From the NCBI GenBank assembly GCA_042850255.1, contig AP031373.1, positions 510,001 through 542,000 on the forward strand: a stretch of 32,000 nucleotides of DNA, written 5' to 3'. Positions 9,353-17,620 of the stretch are shown here, one piece after another. How positions within the stretch are numbered: the first letter of the stretch is position 1; each line of letters opens with the position of its first letter. Both the position numbers and the translations under genes were made by a program. The DNA comes from Nanobdellota archaeon (GTDB taxonomy: Archaea; Nanobdellota; Nanobdellia; Nanobdellales; Nanobdellaceae). The notes beneath the pieces were generated by a model. The model was not told the DNA's origin and did no database searches. It saw only the letters and a list, made by a program, of their open reading frames with translations.

Positions 9353-10070
9353 TTTTTTAAGTAGGTATATTTCTCAAATAAAATTTTTTGGTATAGAAAA
9401 TTTTAAGAAAATACAAAATTCATCTGTTACAATTATTGGTATAGGTGGATTAGGATCTTGGCTATCTGAATTTTTAGTTAGAATTGGAATTAAAAAGATA
9501 ATAATAGTTGATTTTGATATTGTAGAGGAAAAAAATTTAAATAGACAAAATTATCTATCAAAGGATATTGGAAGATTAAAAATAGATGCATTGGAAAAAA
9601 GATTAAAAAGTATCAGAGAAGATATAATAGTTGAAAAATATAAGGAAATAAATAAAGATATATTCAATTCTGATATATTTTTTGATTGTGTAGATAATTT
9701 AGATACAAAATATTTAATAAATGAATTTTCAGTATATTTAAATAAACCATATATATTTGGATCTGTTGTAATGGATCAAGGATTTGTAGGATTAATAAAT
9801 CCAGAAGAATATTGTTTTTATGATATATTCCAAGGTAAAGAAGATTCCTTGACTTGTGATATAAATGGATTAGATCCTTCTTCATTATTATTATCAGTTT
9901 CATTAATGTTGAGATTATTTATTCAATATTTGGAAGGAGATAAAAAAAGTAAACTATATCATTTTAACATTAAAAATAAATTTATAATAGAGGAATTAAA
10001 GGTTAAAAGTAGAGATTGTAAAATATGCAAAAGAAAAGAATTTGAAAAAATATGGAATTATATGAAATAA
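9345..10070 (+). CDS. ThiF/MoeB/UbaA-family E1-like adenylyltransferase
   Basis: RYISQIKFFGIENFKKIQNSSVTIIGIGGLGSWLSEFLVRIGIKKIIIVDFDIVEEKNLNRQ (Rossmann GxGxxG plus NRQ), a mid-protein Cys (SLTCDINGL) and a C-terminal CKIC pair as in MoeB-type enzymes. Starts 8 nt inside cdc48. Confidence 0.7.
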   Translation: MDNFLSRYISQIKFFGIENFKKIQNSSVTIIGIGGLGSWLSEFLVRIGIKKIIIVDFDIVEEKNLNRQNYLSKDIGRLKIDALEKRLKSIREDIIVEKYKEINKDIFNSDIFFDCVDNLDTKYLINEFSVYLNKPYIFGSVVMDQGFVGLINPEEYCFYDIFQGKEDSLTCDINGLDPSSLLLSVSLMLRLFIQYLEGDKKSKLYHFNIKNKFIIEELKVKSRDCKICKRKEFEKIWNYMK

Positions 10071-10885
10071 TAAATGAAATAAAAAAGAAAAAAGAATTAA
10101 GAAATATATCTGATATAGTAATAGAAAAAATAGTAAAAGACGAATTAAATAAGAAAAAATATTTATATGAAAAAATAAAAAAGGCAAAAAGTATAAAACA
10201 ATTAAAAAATGATGAAGATTTTTATATATTTTTTAAAGAAATAAGAAAAATATTACATGAAATATATGGATTATTTACTCCTAAGGAAGATAAATATATA
10301 GATAAAATATTATTTAATGAAGAATTGAGTTTAGAAGAAAAAATAATACAATTATTAATGTTATCTAAATCTACCTCAGAAAGATTGAATTTTTATAAAG
10401 AAATATATAATAATATATTTTTAGAAGATCCTGATAATATACTAGATTTGGCATCGGGTTTAAATCCTATATCTATATATTTTTCTGAAAAGAAACCTAA
10501 GAAATATTATTATGTAGATATATCTGAAAAAATATTAGATATAAATTATAAAATATTAAAAGAAATTGGTATAGATAATGAAGGATGGTTAATAGATTTA
10601 TTAGATCCTGACAAAAGGATATTTAATCATTATCAATATATATTTTTCTGGAAAATATTTCCTTTATTGGAAAAATATGATTACTATGCTCCTAGAAATT
10701 TATTATCTAATCTAGATTTTGATTATCTAATCATATCATTTTCACAAAAAAGTTTAGGTAAGAAAAAGAACCTAGGTTTGGCTTGGAGATATAAAATTAA
10801 AAGATTTATAACCTATAAATTAAAATATAATATTGTAAAAGAATTTGATATACCTTATGAATATTTTATTATCGTAAAGAAATAA
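10052..10885 (+). CDS. Arm/Rmt (FmrO)-family-like 16S rRNA (guanine1405-N7) methyltransferase homologue
   Basis: Remembered ArmA/RmtB blocks recognised by eye: N-terminal helical region (IVIEKIVKDEL..., EIRKILHEIYG), LSKSTSERL (H/S-ST-x-ERL), ILDLASGLNPISIYF (D-x-x-CGLNP), YYYVDIS, IFFWKIFPLLEK, LIISFSQKSLGKKKNLG and a terminal YFIIVKK. Starts 19 nt inside the E1-like gene. Confidence 0.55.
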   Translation: MELYEIINEIKKKKELRNISDIVIEKIVKDELNKKKYLYEKIKKAKSIKQLKNDEDFYIFFKEIRKILHEIYGLFTPKEDKYIDKILFNEELSLEEKIIQLLMLSKSTSERLNFYKEIYNNIFLEDPDNILDLASGLNPISIYFSEKKPKKYYYVDISEKILDINYKILKEIGIDNEGWLIDLLDPDKRIFNHYQYIFFWKIFPLLEKYDYYAPRNLLSNLDFDYLIISFSQKSLGKKKNLGLAWRYKIKRFITYKLKYNIVKEFDIPYEYFIIVKK

Positions 10886-11216
10886 TTTCTTTTATATTTA
10901 ACAAATCATCTTTTTTATATATCTTTAATTTATCATTAGAAAATATCCACAATTCTATTTCAACATTTTTAGAATCTTTATATCTATTTGCTAAATTATA
11001 CAATTCATATAAATCTATATAATTTATATTTTTTATATCAATTTCTTTTCTATTTCTTTTAACCTGTATTAGTTTTACTTCTCCTTTTTCATTTACTGCT
11101 ATAATATCAACTGGAGAATGAGATCCTGGAGTTCTCCATACATCATAACCTTCTTTTTCCAACATTTTCTTCACTTTTCTTTCATAATAATATCCAATTT
11201 TGTAATTACTTCTCAT
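10869..11216 (-). CDS. hjc: Holliday junction resolvase Hjc-like PD-(D/E)xK nuclease
   Basis: YKIGYYYERKVKKMLEKEGYDVWRTPGSHSPVDIIAVNEKGEVKLIQVK parallels Hjc (kG...ERel...Le..Gf.V.Rs.GS...vDl.A......l.IEVK). The track start at 11237 is TTG, so I prefer the first ATG at 11216 (MRSNYK). The third acidic residue is Gln (CAG, rc of 11064-11066). Confidence 0.6.
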   Translation of the reverse strand: MRSNYKIGYYYERKVKKMLEKEGYDVWRTPGSHSPVDIIAVNEKGEVKLIQVKRNRKEIDIKNINYIDLYELYNLANRYKDSKNVEIELWIFSNDKLKIYKKDDLLNIKEIISLR

Positions 11217-11267
11217 TAAAATACTATATGTTCTCAAATATAAAAATATAATTATAATAGATATATT

Positions 11268-14200
11268 ATGAATGATTATTTTGATGAAATTAAAAGAAAA
11301 ACCTTAGAAGCTTATGAAATTGCAAGAAAGGCAAGATCTTTAGGACTAGATCCTGTAGATGATGTTGAAATACCAATTTCTGAAGATATGGGTGAAAGAG
11401 TTGTTAACTTATTAGCAATATTAGATCCAATAATAAAGGAAATAAAATTACCAGAAAAAATAAGGGAAATAGAAAAAGAATATAAACCTTTGACATTTGC
11501 CACAATATTAAAAATATCAGATTATGTTGCACAAGAAGTTTATAATAAAACGAAGGATAAAATTAGATCTATAAGTTTAGGATTAAGGGCAGGATTTGCA
11601 TATCATACGTTAGGTGTTGTAGCTGCTCCTACAGAAGGAATAATAGAAGTAAAAGCAAAAAAAAGAAGGGATGGAAAAGAATATATATCTATATATTATG
11701 CTGGTCCTGTAAGATCTGCAGGTGGAACTCCTCAAGCTTTTTCAGTAATTATTGCAGATTTTTTGAGGAGAAAGTTTGGATATGAAAGATGGGATCCTGA
11801 TGAAGATGAGATACAAAGATATGCTGTAGAAATATACGATTATAAAAGAGTAGCACATTTGCAGTATACTCCTAAGAAAGAAGAAGTAGAATTTGTAATA
11901 AAAAATTTACCTGTAGAAATAAATGGAGAACCTACTGAAAAAATAGAAGTATCTGCATATAAAGATTTACCAAGAATAGAGACTAATTTTATAAGAGGTG
12001 GAGTAGCATTAGTACTAGCAGAAGGTTTATGTCAGAAAGCTGGAAAAATATGGAAAAAATTATCTAGTATAGCAAAAGATTTTAATTTAGAAGATTGGAG
12101 TTGGTTAAATGATTTAAAGAAATTACAGGAAAAAATATATGGAGGTTCTTCGGATTCTTCAGATACTATAAAACCAAATTCTAAATATTTGTCTCAATTA
12201 ACTGCTGGAAGACCTATATTTTCATTACCTTCTGCAAAAGGAGGTTTTAGATTAAGATATGGTAAATCAAGGACTAATGGTCATGAAGGATCATCTATAC
12301 ATCCTGCAGCTTCAATATTAACATACGAATTTTTAGCATGGGGTACTCAGATTGCTGTAGAAAGACCTGGAAAAGCCTCTGCAGTATCTTTTTCAGATAC
12401 AATAGAACCACCAGTTGTAAAATTAAAAGATGGATCTGTAATTAAAGTTAATTCTGAAAAATTGGCTAAAGAATTAATGGAAAAGAATTTGGTAGAAAAA
12501 ATATTATTCTTAGGAGATATATTATTTACTTATGGAGATTTTTTAGATAATGGTCATCCTTTAGTACCTGTAGGATATTGTGAAGAATGGTGGATACTGG
12601 AATTTGAGAAAAAAGCTAAGGAAAAAGTAGAAGGATTTGAGGTTTTATTTGATATGTTTAAACCTAGAAAATTATTTGAGATAAAAAATTTAGAAAAATT
12701 ATCAGAATATTTAAATATAGATAAAGAAAAATTAGAAAATTATATAAGAGATCCATTAAGATATAAACCAGATTTTATTGATGCATTAAAAATTTCTATA
12801 TTATTAGATGTACCTTTACATCCTTCATATATTTATTTCTGGAAAGATATTAGTTCTGAAGATTTTGTATATTTAGTTAAATATTTAAAAGAGAATTCTG
12901 AAATAAAATACAATGAAATAGAAATAAACGAAAAAAAATTTAGAATTGCAGAGAATATAAAAATAAAATATGAAGAAAATATTAAAAGAATACTGGAAGA
13001 AATATTAATTGAACATAAGGTAGAAAATGATAAAATAATTATAGAATATCCAAATTCTGCTGCATTATATATACAATTAGGATATTTTGAAAAAATTCCT
13101 GAAATTAATGGAGAAAAAAATGGATATGAGTTAATAAATAAAATATCTCTAGTAATAATTAGAGATAAGGCTGGAACCTATATTGGAGTTAGAATGGGAA
13201 GACCAGAAAAAGCAAAAATAAGAGAATTAACAGGTTCTATAATGGTTTTATTCCCTGTGGGAAAAGAAGGGGGTAGAACAAGAAATTTATTGGAAACAAT
13301 GAATCATGGAAAATTAATTGCAGATTTAAAGTTATATTATTGCCCAAAATGTAAATTATATGTTCCATATAAAAGATGTATATTTTGTGGATCTGAAACT
13401 AAATTGTTAAGTACAGATGATGGTAAAAATCATAAAAAATATATGATTAATGTAAAATCGTTTATAGAAGCAGCATTAAAGAATTTAGGATTAGATGCTT
13501 CCCAATTACCAAAAATTGTAAAAGGTCCTGAAGGATTATCTTCAAAAAATAAACAACCAGAAAGATTGGAAAAAGGTATATTAAGGGCCAAATATCATAT
13601 ATTCGTATTTAGAGATGGTACTGTTAGATTTGATGCAATAGAAGTTCCTATAACATACTTTAAACCAAAAGATTTGGTATATACATCTATAGAAAAATTA
13701 AAGGAATTAGGATATACTCATGATATATATGGAAATCCATTGGAATCTGAAGATCAGATATTAGAATTAAAACCTCAAGATGTTATATTACCTACAGTTG
13801 GTCCTTTAAAGAAAAGTAGCAAAATAAAAAAGGATGGATTTTTAATAACATTAATTAATACTGCTAGATTTGTTGATGAAGAATTAGAGAAATTATATCA
13901 TTTGCCAAAATATTATAATGTAAATAAACCAGAAGATTTAGTAGGACATTTAATAATTGTGTTAGCACCTCATACATCTGCAGGAGTAGTTGGTAGGATT
14001 ATTGGATTTTCAAGAACTCAAGCATTATTAATGCATCCATTAATGCATGCAGGTATAAGAAGAAATTGTGATGGTGATGAAGGTGGATTTATGTTATTAT
14101 TAGATGGACTATTGAATTTCTCTAGAGAATATCTACCAGATAAAAGAGGAGGAACTATGGATGCTCCATTAACAATTACTCTAAAATTAAGAGGTATGGA

Positions 14201-14819
14201 GGTTGATGATGAAGTACATAATTTTGATACTGTTTGGAATTATCCATTAGAATTATACGAATCTTCTTTACAATATAAATCTCCAGATTCTGTAAAAATA
14301 CAAATATTTAAGGAAAAAATTGGAAAACCTGATGAATATAATAATTGGGGATTTATGCATGATTTAGATTCTATTAGTAAAGAAGGAAATAAGGTATCTG
14401 CATACAAATCTTTAGGAGAGATGTTAGAAAAGTTGAATTTCGAATTAAAATTAGCAAGATTATTAAGATCTGTAGATCCATCTGTTGTTGCAAGTTTAGT
14501 AATTAATTTACACTTTGCAAGAGATATAAGGGGTAATTTGAGAAAATTTTCTGAACAAGAATTTAGATGCGTAAAATGTAATACTAAATATAGAAGAATA
14601 CCATTATCTGGAAAATGTTTAAAATGTGGTGGTAGGATAATTATGACTGTTCATTATGGTAGCATTGTAAAATATTTAGAACCAAGTTTATGGTTAGCAG
14701 AAAGATTAAAATTAGATGAATATACTCAATCTAGTTTAAAAGCATTAAAAGAAAAAATAGAACAAACATTTGGAAATACATCAAAGGATAAAACTATAAA
14801 AGAGTTTTTCAATATATAA
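11268..14819 (+). CDS. polC: DNA polymerase II (PolD) large subunit DP2
   Basis: 1183 aa with DP2 blocks: GFAYHTLGVVAAPTEGI, YYAGPVRSAGGTPQA, GRPIFSLPSAKGGFRLRYGKSR, CPKC...CIFCG Zn module, APHTSAGVVGRIIGF, RRNCDGDEGG and a C-terminal CVKC..CLKCGG Zn finger. Confidence 0.9.
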   Translation: MNDYFDEIKRKTLEAYEIARKARSLGLDPVDDVEIPISEDMGERVVNLLAILDPIIKEIKLPEKIREIEKEYKPLTFATILKISDYVAQEVYNKTKDKIRSISLGLRAGFAYHTLGVVAAPTEGIIEVKAKKRRDGKEYISIYYAGPVRSAGGTPQAFSVIIADFLRRKFGYERWDPDEDEIQRYAVEIYDYKRVAHLQYTPKKEEVEFVIKNLPVEINGEPTEKIEVSAYKDLPRIETNFIRGGVALVLAEGLCQKAGKIWKKLSSIAKDFNLEDWSWLNDLKKLQEKIYGGSSDSSDTIKPNSKYLSQLTAGRPIFSLPSAKGGFRLRYGKSRTNGHEGSSIHPAASILTYEFLAWGTQIAVERPGKASAVSFSDTIEPPVVKLKDGSVIKVNSEKLAKELMEKNLVEKILFLGDILFTYGDFLDNGHPLVPVGYCEEWWILEFEKKAKEKVEGFEVLFDMFKPRKLFEIKNLEKLSEYLNIDKEKLENYIRDPLRYKPDFIDALKISILLDVPLHPSYIYFWKDISSEDFVYLVKYLKENSEIKYNEIEINEKKFRIAENIKIKYEENIKRILEEILIEHKVENDKIIIEYPNSAALYIQLGYFEKIPEINGEKNGYELINKISLVIIRDKAGTYIGVRMGRPEKAKIRELTGSIMVLFPVGKEGGRTRNLLETMNHGKLIADLKLYYCPKCKLYVPYKRCIFCGSETKLLSTDDGKNHKKYMINVKSFIEAALKNLGLDASQLPKIVKGPEGLSSKNKQPERLEKGILRAKYHIFVFRDGTVRFDAIEVPITYFKPKDLVYTSIEKLKELGYTHDIYGNPLESEDQILELKPQDVILPTVGPLKKSSKIKKDGFLITLINTARFVDEELEKLYHLPKYYNVNKPEDLVGHLIIVLAPHTSAGVVGRIIGFSRTQALLMHPLMHAGIRRNCDGDEGGFMLLLDGLLNFSREYLPDKRGGTMDAPLTITLKLRGMEVDDEVHNFDTVWNYPLELYESSLQYKSPDSVKIQIFKEKIGKPDEYNNWGFMHDLDSISKEGNKVSAYKSLGEMLEKLNFELKLARLLRSVDPSVVASLVINLHFARDIRGNLRKFSEQEFRCVKCNTKYRRIPLSGKCLKCGGRIIMTVHYGSIVKYLEPSLWLAERLKLDEYTQSSLKALKEKIEQTFGNTSKDKTIKEFFNI

Positions 14820-15556
14820 TGTTTATATTATCCGGAGTTGGGCAAAATATAGATGAAATACCAGAAGGATTAATAAAGGAAATCAAAGATGCAGACTTTA
14901 TATTTTTAGAATATTACACTAACTTTTTTGATGAAGAAACATTAAATTATTTAAAATCAATAAATAATAAGATAGAATTAGTAAGTAGAGAGTTTGTAGA
15001 AAATAATTTAGAAAATATAATATTAAATAATAAAGATAAAAAAATAGTTTTGATTGTTTCTGGAAATCCTTTATTTGCTACTACACATTTTTATTTTATT
15101 AAATTATGTAAAGAAAATAAAATAGAATATAAAATAATAAATGGGCCTTCCATATTTGATGAAATAGGTAAAACTGGATTATTTTTATATAAATTTGGTA
15201 GAATTGTTTCTATACCATTTCATGAATCTGAAGAATTTTATGATTATATTTTAAATAATTATAAAAGTAATTTGCATACATTAATATTATTAGATCTTGA
15301 TCCAAAAAATAATAAATTTCTAGATCATAAAACTGCATTAAAAAGATTATTAGAAATAGATAAAAAGAGAGAAAAAATATTTAATGAAAAATTTAAGGTT
15401 GTTGTTTGTTCTAATCTTAATAGAAAAAATGAAAAAATTTATTATAAAAGTATAGAAGAATTAATGAACATAAATATAGACCCACCCTTATGTATAGTAA
15501 TACCGTCAAATTTAAATAAATTAGAGGAGGAGTTTTTATTATGTATGACATATTAA
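14819..15556 (+). CDS. dph5: Diphthine synthase (EF-2 diphthamide methyltransferase)
   Basis: MFILSGVG...IPEGLIKEIKDADFIFLEYYT, VLIVSGNPLFATTH and the tetrapyrrole-methylase-fold length. Its ATG overlaps the polC TAA (TAATG). Confidence 0.75.
   Translation: MFILSGVGQNIDEIPEGLIKEIKDADFIFLEYYTNFFDEETLNYLKSINNKIELVSREFVENNLENIILNNKDKKIVLIVSGNPLFATTHFYFIKLCKENKIEYKIINGPSIFDEIGKTGLFLYKFGRIVSIPFHESEEFYDYILNNYKSNLHTLILLDLDPKNNKFLDHKTALKRLLEIDKKREKIFNEKFKVVVCSNLNRKNEKIYYKSIEELMNINIDPPLCIVIPSNLNKLEEEFLLCMTY
15524..15532 (+). promoter_or_regulatory. Shine-Dalgarno-like GAGGAGGAG upstream of ATG 15541
   Basis: gaggaggag lies 9 nt before the start of the next gene, inside the dph5 3' end (where it encodes EEE). 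It is the only strong SD-like match I saw before an operon-internal gene, so it could be coincidental. Confidence 0.25.
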
Positions 15557-16341
15557 TAGGAAAAATTAAATATAATCCTTGGGTATTATTTATAGTTACA
15601 TTAATTACTATAATATTAGCTACTTTATTATCTTTAAAAGCAGGTTCTTATGGAGGAATATTGATAATAGCAATATCTTTGGTACCTTTAGTTCAAATAT
15701 ATACTAAGTTAATAGAGAAGGATGAAAAAATTGCTGAAAAGATAAAATCTAAAAGGAATTTATTTATAAGATATAAGGATTATTTCATAGCATCTTTTAT
15801 AATATTTTTTGCATCAATTATAGGGTTCTATATAGGATACTTAATTAATTATTCTTTATTTTTCCCTCAACTACAGGCTATAGAAAATATTAGACAGCAT
15901 GTATTGGCATTAAGTTATGGACAAATAATAGATACAGATAAATTTTTTACATATATTTTATTTAACAATATGACTGTTTTATTATTATTTTTCTCATTTT
16001 CTATAGTATTTGGTGCAGGTTCTATATATTTATTATTGTGGAATTCTTCAATAATAGGTGTATTTTTAGGATTGGAAGCAACAGAAATAAGTACTAATAA
16101 TTTACTGTATAAATATATATTATATCCAACTATAAGTTTATTGGAAATGTTACCTCACGGACTTTTAGAATTTCTTGGATATTTTTTAGCAGCATTATCT
16201 GGTAATATACTATCTATAGCATTTATTAAAGGTTTAGATAAAGAAACATTAGAAAATATATTATCAGATTCTTTAGCACTATTTGTTTTATCTATTTTAT
16301 GTATATTTGTTGCAGCAGTTATAGAAGCTTATATTATCTAA
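15541..16341 (+). CDS. SpoIIM-like (stage II sporulation protein M family) integral membrane protein
   Basis: Multi-pass membrane protein with FNNMTVLLLFFSFSIVFGAGSIYLLLWNSSIIGVFLG and LLEMLPHGLLEFLGYFLAALSG, which resemble the SpoIIM family signature (N...... G....... NG...G ; PHgi.E). Confidence 0.45.
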   Translation: MYDILIGKIKYNPWVLFIVTLITIILATLLSLKAGSYGGILIIAISLVPLVQIYTKLIEKDEKIAEKIKSKRNLFIRYKDYFIASFIIFFASIIGFYIGYLINYSLFFPQLQAIENIRQHVLALSYGQIIDTDKFFTYILFNNMTVLLLFFSFSIVFGAGSIYLLLWNSSIIGVFLGLEATEISTNNLLYKYILYPTISLLEMLPHGLLEFLGYFLAALSGNILSIAFIKGLDKETLENILSDSLALFVLSILCIFVAAVIEAYII

Positions 16342-16356
16342 ATAAATATATTTATT

Positions 16357-16608
16357 ATGTATGAATCTTTTGATTATATAAAAGAGGGTATAATATATGG
16401 GAAAATAAAAAATATAGGGAAAGATAAAATATATATAGAAATAAATGGAAAAGAATATTCTTTTGATAAAACTGTTGATATGAATAATTTATCTGTAGGA
16501 GACTATGTTAGATTTTATATTAAAGATAACAAAATAATATTTATAGAGAAAATAAGCGAAGAATTATATAATAATATAAAAGTTTTATTAGAAAAATTAA
16601 ACGAATAA
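16357..16608 (+). CDS. Hypothetical small protein (83 aa), beta-rich N-terminal part then a C-terminal helix
   Basis: An ORF with an ATG, on the same strand and tightly spaced after the polC-dph5-spoIIM-like genes. No family recognised. Confidence 0.3.
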   Translation: MYESFDYIKEGIIYGKIKNIGKDKIYIEINGKEYSFDKTVDMNNLSVGDYVRFYIKDNKIIFIEKISEELYNNIKVLLEKLNE

Positions 16609-17172
16609 GTATTTTTTATTTTTATATAAAAATATTAACCAAAAGATAATTAAAAATAATGTTGTAAATATTTCCCATAATAAATTATGTATAAAAAAAG
16701 GATTTGCATTGAAAAAATAATAAAAGTAAAAGACAGACCATAATCTGAATATATTTATTAAAAATAATATTATAGCAGATATAGCAAAATATTTTAACTT
16801 CTTTTTTATATCAATTACAGGAGTTGACAGGATTGGTGTAGAAAATACTAAAGCGAATATCCCAAATACAGATTTAAATCCTGTACATTCTTGATCTATT
16901 ATAAATGAGATATTTTTTACATATAATACATGTTGTTCTAATTGGAAGTTTATATTAGAAATTTTTAATATATATCCGATAAAATTAGAATAATCTATTA
17001 AGAAAGATGTAGGTAAAACTATGTAATAATAACTAAACAGATATAAAGGTATAGAATAAATTAACATATTTATGAAAAATGTTGCAATTAATAATTCTTT
17101 TCTAATTATCTTATTATTTTTAGCTTGTTCTAATACATTTGGAAAATATTTTTTTATTATATACTCAAACAT
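16597..17172 (-). CDS. Archaeosortase/exosortase-family transpeptidase-like membrane protein (small form, 191 aa)
   Basis: Polytopic membrane protein with IIDQECTGFKSVFGIFAL (family C-S/T-G motif; Cys codon rc of 16885-16887). Downstream come LINIFRLW (N..R) and FFIHNLLWE (His), in the order and spacing typical of exosortase/archaeosortase. Confidence 0.6.
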   Translation of the reverse strand: MFEYIIKKYFPNVLEQAKNNKIIRKELLIATFFINMLIYSIPLYLFSYYYIVLPTSFLIDYSNFIGYILKISNINFQLEQHVLYVKNISFIIDQECTGFKSVFGIFALVFSTPILSTPVIDIKKKLKYFAISAIILFLINIFRLWSVFYFYYFFNANPFFIHNLLWEIFTTLFLIIFWLIFLYKNKKYLFV

Positions 17173-17620
17173 TTTTTACTTTTGCAGCTACTCCATATTT
17201 TAGATCCTTTATCTCTTTTGCAGATAATAAGCTTTCTCCTATAGCAATTAGATTATCATTTTTATCAACTATTAATACTATATCTTTAGGTAATATATTT
17301 TCATCAATATTTAATACAAATTTATTAAATACAGATTTACCATCTTTTACAAAATTTACTGCCTCATCTGATATAATTATTCTATATTTTGGAAATTCTA
17401 AAAATTTCTTTAATATTTCTCCTCCAAAAAATGTTAATACTATAAAACCTGTGGATGGTTCTATTGTTCCAAATAATTTATTATCTATATATATTCTCCT
17501 TATTCTTCCAGTTTTTCTACTCTTTTCTATTTTTATATCTTTATGATTTTCTATAATTTTATCTCCAACTTTATCTCCGAATTGGTAATTTAATATAGCT
17601 TTAATTATTGATAATTCCAT
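17165..17620 (-). CDS. Stand-alone PUA-domain protein resembling the C2-PUA C-terminal module of archaeosine tRNA-guanine transglycosylase
   Basis: AILNYQFGDKVGDKI...KSRKTGRIRRIY...RIIISDEAVNFVKDGKSVFNKFVLNIDENILPKDIVLIVDKNDNLIAIGESLLSAKEI..LKYGVAAKV matches the ..dyQFG.. C2 motif and PUA pattern. First ATG at 17620; the track start at 17647 is TTG. Confidence 0.65.
   Translation of the reverse strand: MELSIIKAILNYQFGDKVGDKIIENHKDIKIEKSRKTGRIRRIYIDNKLFGTIEPSTGFIVLTFFGGEILKKFLEFPKYRIIISDEAVNFVKDGKSVFNKFVLNIDENILPKDIVLIVDKNDNLIAIGESLLSAKEIKDLKYGVAAKVKNV

Noticed and set aside
11268-14819. Possible intein or split in the PolD large subunit
   Set aside because: The ORF is uninterrupted and has a normal intein-free DP2 length (1183 aa). 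The conserved blocks I recognise are contiguous, and no intein-like insertion is visible.
17139-17546. 135-aa plus-strand ORF antisense to the PUA gene
   Set aside because: It lies fully inside a conserved PUA-domain gene on the other strand. It has no recognisable motifs and a shadow-ORF composition.
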